A DNA stretch of 64,000 bases from Cyanophora paradoxa CCMP329. Lineage: Eukaryota; Plantae; Glaucophyta. The DNA is taken from contig QPMI01000532.1 of NCBI GenBank assembly GCA_004431415.1, positions 1 through 64,000 of the forward strand, read 5' to 3'. Within the stretch, counting starts at the first letter, position 1; every line of letters begins with the position of its first letter. The position numbers and the translations under genes were made by a program. Below the pieces are notes generated by a model, which worked only from the letters and a program-made list of their open reading frames with translations, had not been told where the DNA came from and did no database searches. Shown here piece by piece: positions 58,626 through 64,000 of the stretch.

Positions 58626-59129
58626 GCGCCTCGAGCCCGAGCTCGCGGCCCCCGCGATCGATGTCTCCGTTGCGCCGGCCACGCCCGGCGCGCGTACCCT
58701 GCAGACCTGCCCCAGCACTCGCGCGCGCCCTTTTGAGCTTTCTCTACAGCTAGATCTCTGGCGTCCCCGGGGACCTGTACATGTAAATATTGAATCTGAT
58801 TCGAATAGAAGTCCCGAATGACGCTTGATCATGTAATGATTAATTATAAATTCGCGAAAAGGAAATCGCAACACTACGGTACGTGTACACTGTACAGTCC
58901 CCGGCCTAGGAGGGCGATTGAAAGCTCACACTTGTCAAAATCAAGGTCTCAAGTAATTATGAAGATGTAGAAAACTAAACTATAGCTACTATGGCTAACG
59001 CTAAAATATTTACGAGAGCGATTTACAATTATAAATATCGAAATTGAGGGCGCCCCATGCCGGGAGCACGCGTGGATGGGCTAACGCTTGGGCCGCTTGA
59101 GCCTTGGCTCGGCTAGCTAGCTTGGCTAG

Positions 59130-61018
59130 CTATCGGAAGATGCGCTTGCCGGCCTTGTAGGCCTTGCGGGCGGCGAGGACGGGCCCGACGGCGAGGAGGG
59201 TCGGCACTCCGAGGGCGATGCCGAGGGCCCCCGCGACGGGCGCGCCGATGCCCCACGCCGCGGTGAGGCCGACGCGGCGGGCCCAGAGGCCGGCCTTGGA
59301 GTGGGCGCCGTGCTGGGACCCGGGGCACCCGAAGGGGTTGAGCTTCGAGAAGTGCCGGGAGCTGTAGTCGCCCCCGCAGAGGTAGCAGAAGCTGTGCCCG
59401 CAGCGGCACCTGCGCCCCGAGCTCAGCTCGAGCTTAGCTTAGCCGGGGCGGAGCGGACGTCACGTGGTTGCAGCCGCCGTTCTTCTCGACGAAGCTGCGG
59501 CACTTTCGGCACCGCGTCGCGTGCTCCCGCTGCCAGACCGCCACCCCCGCCTCGTTCGGGCGCTCCCGCTTCTCGTACGTCTGCCGCCGCCGCGCGGATT
59601 AGAAAGCGAAGGCTGGAGCTGGAGAGGCGGGGCGGGCGCGCCTTGCAGTCGGTGCCGATGTGGGCGCCGGCGTGGACGAAGCAGAAGGGCTGGCGGCAGG
59701 CGGGGCACGCGACGGCGGGGCGGCGGCGGGCCGAGGCCTTGGGGAAGCTGGAGACCACGCCGCAGTGCGGGCACTCGCGGGACTGCTTGTCGGCGTGCAG
59801 GACGCGCAGGTTCAGGAAGCGGTTCAGCTCCGCCGGCGCCCCCTCCAGCAGCTCGATCACCGCCGCCTCCTCCGCCCGCCGGCTGCACCCGGGCGCTGCG
59901 TTCGCGTCAGAAGCGCGCGGCGGCTTGAGATGCGGAGGATTGGGCGCACATGGGCACTTGAAGAAGATCAAATTCTCGTGGAGCTTGTGCGTCGCGTAGG
60001 CGGCGGCGCAGTCGCGGCAGGTCGGGTGCGCCCCCGCGCATTCGTCGCCGAAGCCCCGGAAGAGCGCCGCCTCCTTGGGGAGGCGCTCGAGGCAGACCTG
60101 GCACCGGAAGCTCGAGCCCTGCCCCTGCTGCTCCGCCGCCTCCTCCGCTCCCGCCTCGCCCGCGCCCGACCGCGCCGAGAGCCGCTGCGCGCCGCCGCGC
60201 GCCGGCGCCGCGCCGGCCTCGCTGAGGAGCGCCCGCAGGCGCGCGGCGAGGGCGCGCTCCCGCTGCGTCGGGCGCAGCGCCTCCGGTCCGGCCGCGAGGT
60301 CCCCTGGCGCCTGCGCCCCGCGTCCTTCAGCGACGGAGGCGCGGGCGCAGACGGATCCCGCAGGGGCGCGGCGCACGGGACTCGGGTCGGTATCGGAGAA
60401 CGGGTTCTTGCCGGCGATGAGGGCGGGATCCGGGGGCGGCGGCGCGGCACTCGCGGAGCCCGGCAGCTCGAAGTCAGCGAATGCCGCTAGAAAGTGCGGA
60501 GAGTACGGCTCGTCCTCCACGTCCTCCCCCCCTTCTGTGGAGCTGCTCGCCACCGTTCCTGGCGGCGCGCCCGCGGGCTCCGGAGCAGGGCGGCCGCGAC
60601 TCGAGCTTGGTGCCGCGGGCTGGAGAGACCGCTCTGTTGCGGCGGAGGGGAAACGGGTGACGGCCAAGGCGAGCGCGACGCCGAGATCCATCTCGAGATC
60701 GCCGTACGCGGCCACTTCCGCGGCCGTCGCCTCGCGATCAGTCTCCGTGCGCGATGTCGACGCGCCCGCACCCGTCCTGTGCTTCGAGCGGACCGGAGAC
60801 GCCCGAGACGTGCTTTGAGAGTCCCAATCGACCCCGAGTGCCGAAAGACGACGGCAGGCGCCAACATGGTCAAGGGCGGCCTTCAGGAGGTACGGCGGCG
60901 CGTCCGTCATGGCCGTGATGAGCAACGGCGGTGCTGCAGCTGTCGCCGACGGTGAAGACGATGATGATGAAGAGGCCTCGGCATCGTCCGGAACGCGCCT
61001 CGCGAGGGAATTCCGCAT
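59130..61018 (-). CDS. RBR (RING-IBR-RING) E3 ubiquitin ligase with a C-terminal transmembrane segment
   Basis: RING1 CQVC...HPTCRDC...KCP, IBR ECPHC...CPACRQPFCFVHAGAH...C, RING2 RCRKCRSFVEKNGGCNHVTCRCGHSFCYLCG, HFSKLNPFGC and a hydrophobic tail. The 5' end is uncertain. Confidence 0.9.
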
Positions 61019-61840
61019 CAGATGCAGGCTGTGTCACTCGCCGGGCGCAGTCGACCTGGGCGTACGTCCGTCATCAATGGAAGCGTTATCTCAATCTAGA
61101 GCGATGCCACTCACTCGCTAACGCGATCCAGGAGCAGGCGGGGAAAGCTGCAAGTTGCAGAGCTGTCAGAGAGGGCTGCCGGTGCCGCTGCGGCGCTGTG
61201 GAACGATTTCCCGAGCTTTTTTAGCTGCCGAGGAGGGCCGATATTAGCTTGGACGCGCCTCTGCGTCGGATGAAGCGCGCCTACCTGACCCGAAAAAAAG
61301 TCGATCTCAACCTTCCCCCCCCCCCCCCCCCCCCCCCCGGAAGATGCTTGCTCACCGCGCCCGCGCGCGCGAATTCGAATTCGAACGGCGCGAAAGGCGG
61401 CCTCCGGCGCCGGCGCGCCCCGCGGCCGGACGTCGACGGCGCCGCAGCACACGCGTATACGCACTTGCACTGTCTTGCTGGACTGCACGGCCAGGCCGCG
61501 GGGCCCCGCGGCCTGCATGCCCCGTTAACGTTGATCATCATGGCATGCAAGATGCAACTCTAGGATACGGGCTTCGTCGTTCCACTACTAGTACTCACGA
61601 TTGCGAACAGTGAAGCCTCTCACTCGAGAATAAGCTGCGAAATCAACCGATAAAACACTGCGGAAAAACACGACTCCAAACACGATCATAATCAAGAGCT
61701 GCATGCGAAGCAAATCTCGACCATAAACTAGAGACGGGGGACTGGCTACCAGGATATATAGCTCACTGGACAACGAAAATTTCCGCAATAATCAACCGTT
61801 GAACTCTAGATTTGCTACTGCTGCGAAAACCACAAGGCGG

Positions 61841-63496
61841 CTAATAACAAGGACTAATCGGGATGCTCGAGGACTCATTAGTTGGCGTCGGGATCCGACA
61901 CGTGAGGGGGGCGGCGGCGGGCCGAGGCCCCGGGGGCCGGGTCGGGTCCAAGGCCTGGGGCGGGGCCGAGGGCGTAGGCCGGGGCCGGGGCCGGGGCCGG
62001 GGCCGGGCGGGGTCGTGGCGGCCGGGGAGGCGGATCCGGAGGCGGGCGGGGCGGGGCGAGCTGGAGCGGGGCGGGCTGCCCGGGAGGTTTGCCCGCAGGT
62101 TGCGGGCGAGCTGCTGGCGCAGCGGCTCGGCGCGGCGGCGGGGCGCCCCGTCGGGCCCGGCCGGCCCCTCCAGCGGCCTCGATCCGGGCGTGGCGAAGCC
62201 CTGGCCGTCGTCCTCGGACGAGTTGGAGCCGGCGCGGGCGGGCCCAGGCGCCACGCGGGAGCGCGACGTGGGCGCGTAGGACTGCGCCCGCCGCGTGTTC
62301 AGCTCCCGCTCCCGCTCCCGAGCCGTGCCGTTCCTCTCGCTCTCCGCCGCCTGCACGGCGCCCTTCTTGAAGCACCCGTGCTGCCCGCCAAGCAAGCGGT
62401 CGGCGGCGGCGGGGCGGACGGAACGCGAAGGAAAGGAGGGTATCGGGATGGGAGGCGGCGCACGCGAACGAAGTGGGCGATGCGCTGGATTGCCTTGGCC
62501 CCCGATATGACGTTCGTCACGAGGATCATCGCCAGCGAGAGCCCCAGGATCAGCATCTGGCGGGGGCAGGCCCAGGATCACCAACCGCAGGGCGCGGGGC
62601 CGGGCGCGAGACGCGCGCGTGCGCACGGGCGTGTTCGTGCGGCGGTTGTCGATGTACCCGTGGCGGCCGACGGCGACGACGAGCCAGCGGCGGTCCGAGG
62701 CCGAGATCGTACGCTCGTCCTTTAGGTCCCCGTGCAGGGCCGCCGGGTTCGCGTCCACCATCTGACGGGCCGCCCGAGGATCAGATCAGATCAGATCGGA
62801 TCGGATCTGATCGGATCGGACCGAGGCGAAGGTGTAGCGGGGGTCCTTTGGCTCGGAGGCGAGGTGCGTCATGTAGAGGGGCGCCTTGGCCGTGTCGGTC
62901 GCGTCGAAGAGGAAGAGGTCGACGTTCTCCAGCGTGAGGCCGACGACCGAGGCGGAGAGCATCTCGTCGAGCTTGTAGACGACGTCGATCATCGCGTGCA
63001 GGTTCTCCGTTCCGGTGTAGTTCCGCTGCAGGCGGCCCGTCTGCGTGCAGGCGGCGCGAGAGGTCAGGGGCGAGAGGAACCGAGGGGGCGAAGGGGCCCA
63101 TACATACCTCGGGGTTTCTGTAGATCGGCTCGAATACCTGCGACAAAGGACGACGACGAAGTGAGTGAGGCGTGCTGCCGAAGCGAAGCCGAGCGAGGCG
63201 AGGCGGAGCGATGCGTAGGGGAGCGCACGATGACGCCGAACTGGCTCTTGGTGGACTGGACGAGGGTGATGCGGGGCGTGCACGCCTGCTCGCCCGTCGT
63301 CCGCGCCTTGTCGATCGTCACCGCCCGCGCCGCGTTCCTGGCGGAGGGGCGAAAGAAGAAAGGGCGGGTGAGACGGGGCGGGGCGGGCGGGGCGGGGCGG
63401 GCCGGGGCGGCCGCACGAGTAGAGGTTGAAGCCGAGGGCGGCCTCGTTGCCCTTGTACGGCTCGATGAACTGCACCTGTGGGCGCGCTCGAGGCTG

Positions 63497-63533
<37 letters not shown>

Positions 63534-64000
63534 CGCACGGGGAAGTAGAGGGGACGGCTGGCGGCCCGCACGAGGTTGTTGTTCGCATCTCGCTCCGTCC
63601 ACTGGAAGTTGGGCATGTACCTAGGGGAAGAAGGGGCGGGTCGGCCCGAGCCGGGGCGGGGCCGGGGCGGGGCCAGCGCACTGCTTCCCCTCTGCCTCCC
63701 AGTAGGCGCGGTTCTCCTGCGTCCCGACCGGCACGAACGCGACCCCGTTGAGCACCCTGCCGCGAGGCTAAGCAGGCGAAGACGGCGGCGGCGGCGGCGG
63801 CGAGCGAGGAGGCGGGCAGCGGGAGGCGGGAGGCGGGAGGCGGGAGGCGGGAAGCGGCGGCGCACGCTGACTTCCAGTACTGTCGAGGATCCGCGAATCG
63901 CGCAAAGTCCGCACGCGACATATTCCCCTCCACTCTGCGGAGACGGTTGGCGGGGCGCGCGGGGCGGAGCGGAGAAGCGGGGCGGGCGCGCGTCAGGTAA
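61841..64000 (-). CDS. CHASE-domain membrane sensor protein, 3' part (5' end off the window)
   Basis: SRADFARFA, ERDANNNLVRAASRPLYFPVQFIEPYKGNEAALGFNLYS, RAVTIDKARTTG...TPRITLVQ...FGVIVFEPIY, then DRRWLVVAV, a TM helix MLILGLSLAMILVTNVI and a low-complexity tail. Confidence 0.85.
62779..62821. repeat. Pentanucleotide microsatellite (GATCR)n in an intron
   Basis: GATCA/GATCG repeated about eight times. Confidence 0.85.

Noticed and set aside
58842-59036. AATTATAAAT direct repeat around an AT-rich spacer as a possible TSD
   Set aside because: Only 10 bp of low-complexity AT sequence, with no polyA tail or terminal inverted repeats.
1394-61018. A metabolic or defence gene cluster spanning the window
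   Set aside because: Neighbouring genes have unrelated housekeeping functions; there is no operon-like or biosynthetic-cluster logic.
1-64000. Hundreds of long Arg/Pro/Gly/Ala-rich ORFs in the ORF track
   Set aside because: These are antisense or off-frame products of very high GC content and intron read-through; conserved motifs appear only in the spliced models.

Overview
Gene-dense, very GC-rich eukaryotic nuclear DNA with many short introns. The six-frame ORF track is mostly misleading, so I rebuilt gene models by hand from splice signals (GT/GC donors, CTGAC-like branch points, mostly CAG acceptors). An MAFV-type plastid transit peptide, frequent GC-AG introns and the composition suggest a glaucophyte alga such as Cyanophora; this is inference, not verified. 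About 22 protein genes are supported. Recognisable families: acetoacetyl-CoA synthetase, M1 aminopeptidase, CWH43/PGAP2IP-like, TPR protein, PP2C, DCAF11, DHA1-type MFS transporter, RMI2, MMACHC-like, ABC1 kinase, CEP164-like WW/IQ protein, glutaminyl cyclase and an RBR E3 ligase. Unusual architectures: a coiled-coil/tandem-TIR/4x beta-helix protein (best candidate for an undescribed immune or signalling system), an exon-modular Cys-repeat protein, a plastid-targeted twin Cx2Cx3CPx4CH protein, an HNH toxin-like nuclease, a secreted WD40-(SP)n-GPI protein and a CHASE sensor with no C-terminal output domain. Non-coding highlights: two single-gene segments bracketed by inverted copies of gene 3' ends (inversion scars or invertible cassettes), a polyA retroposon with a 17-bp target-site duplication, and introns holding duplicated splice junctions. 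No rRNA, tRNA or CRISPR array was seen. Exon boundaries and most start codons are manual predictions.
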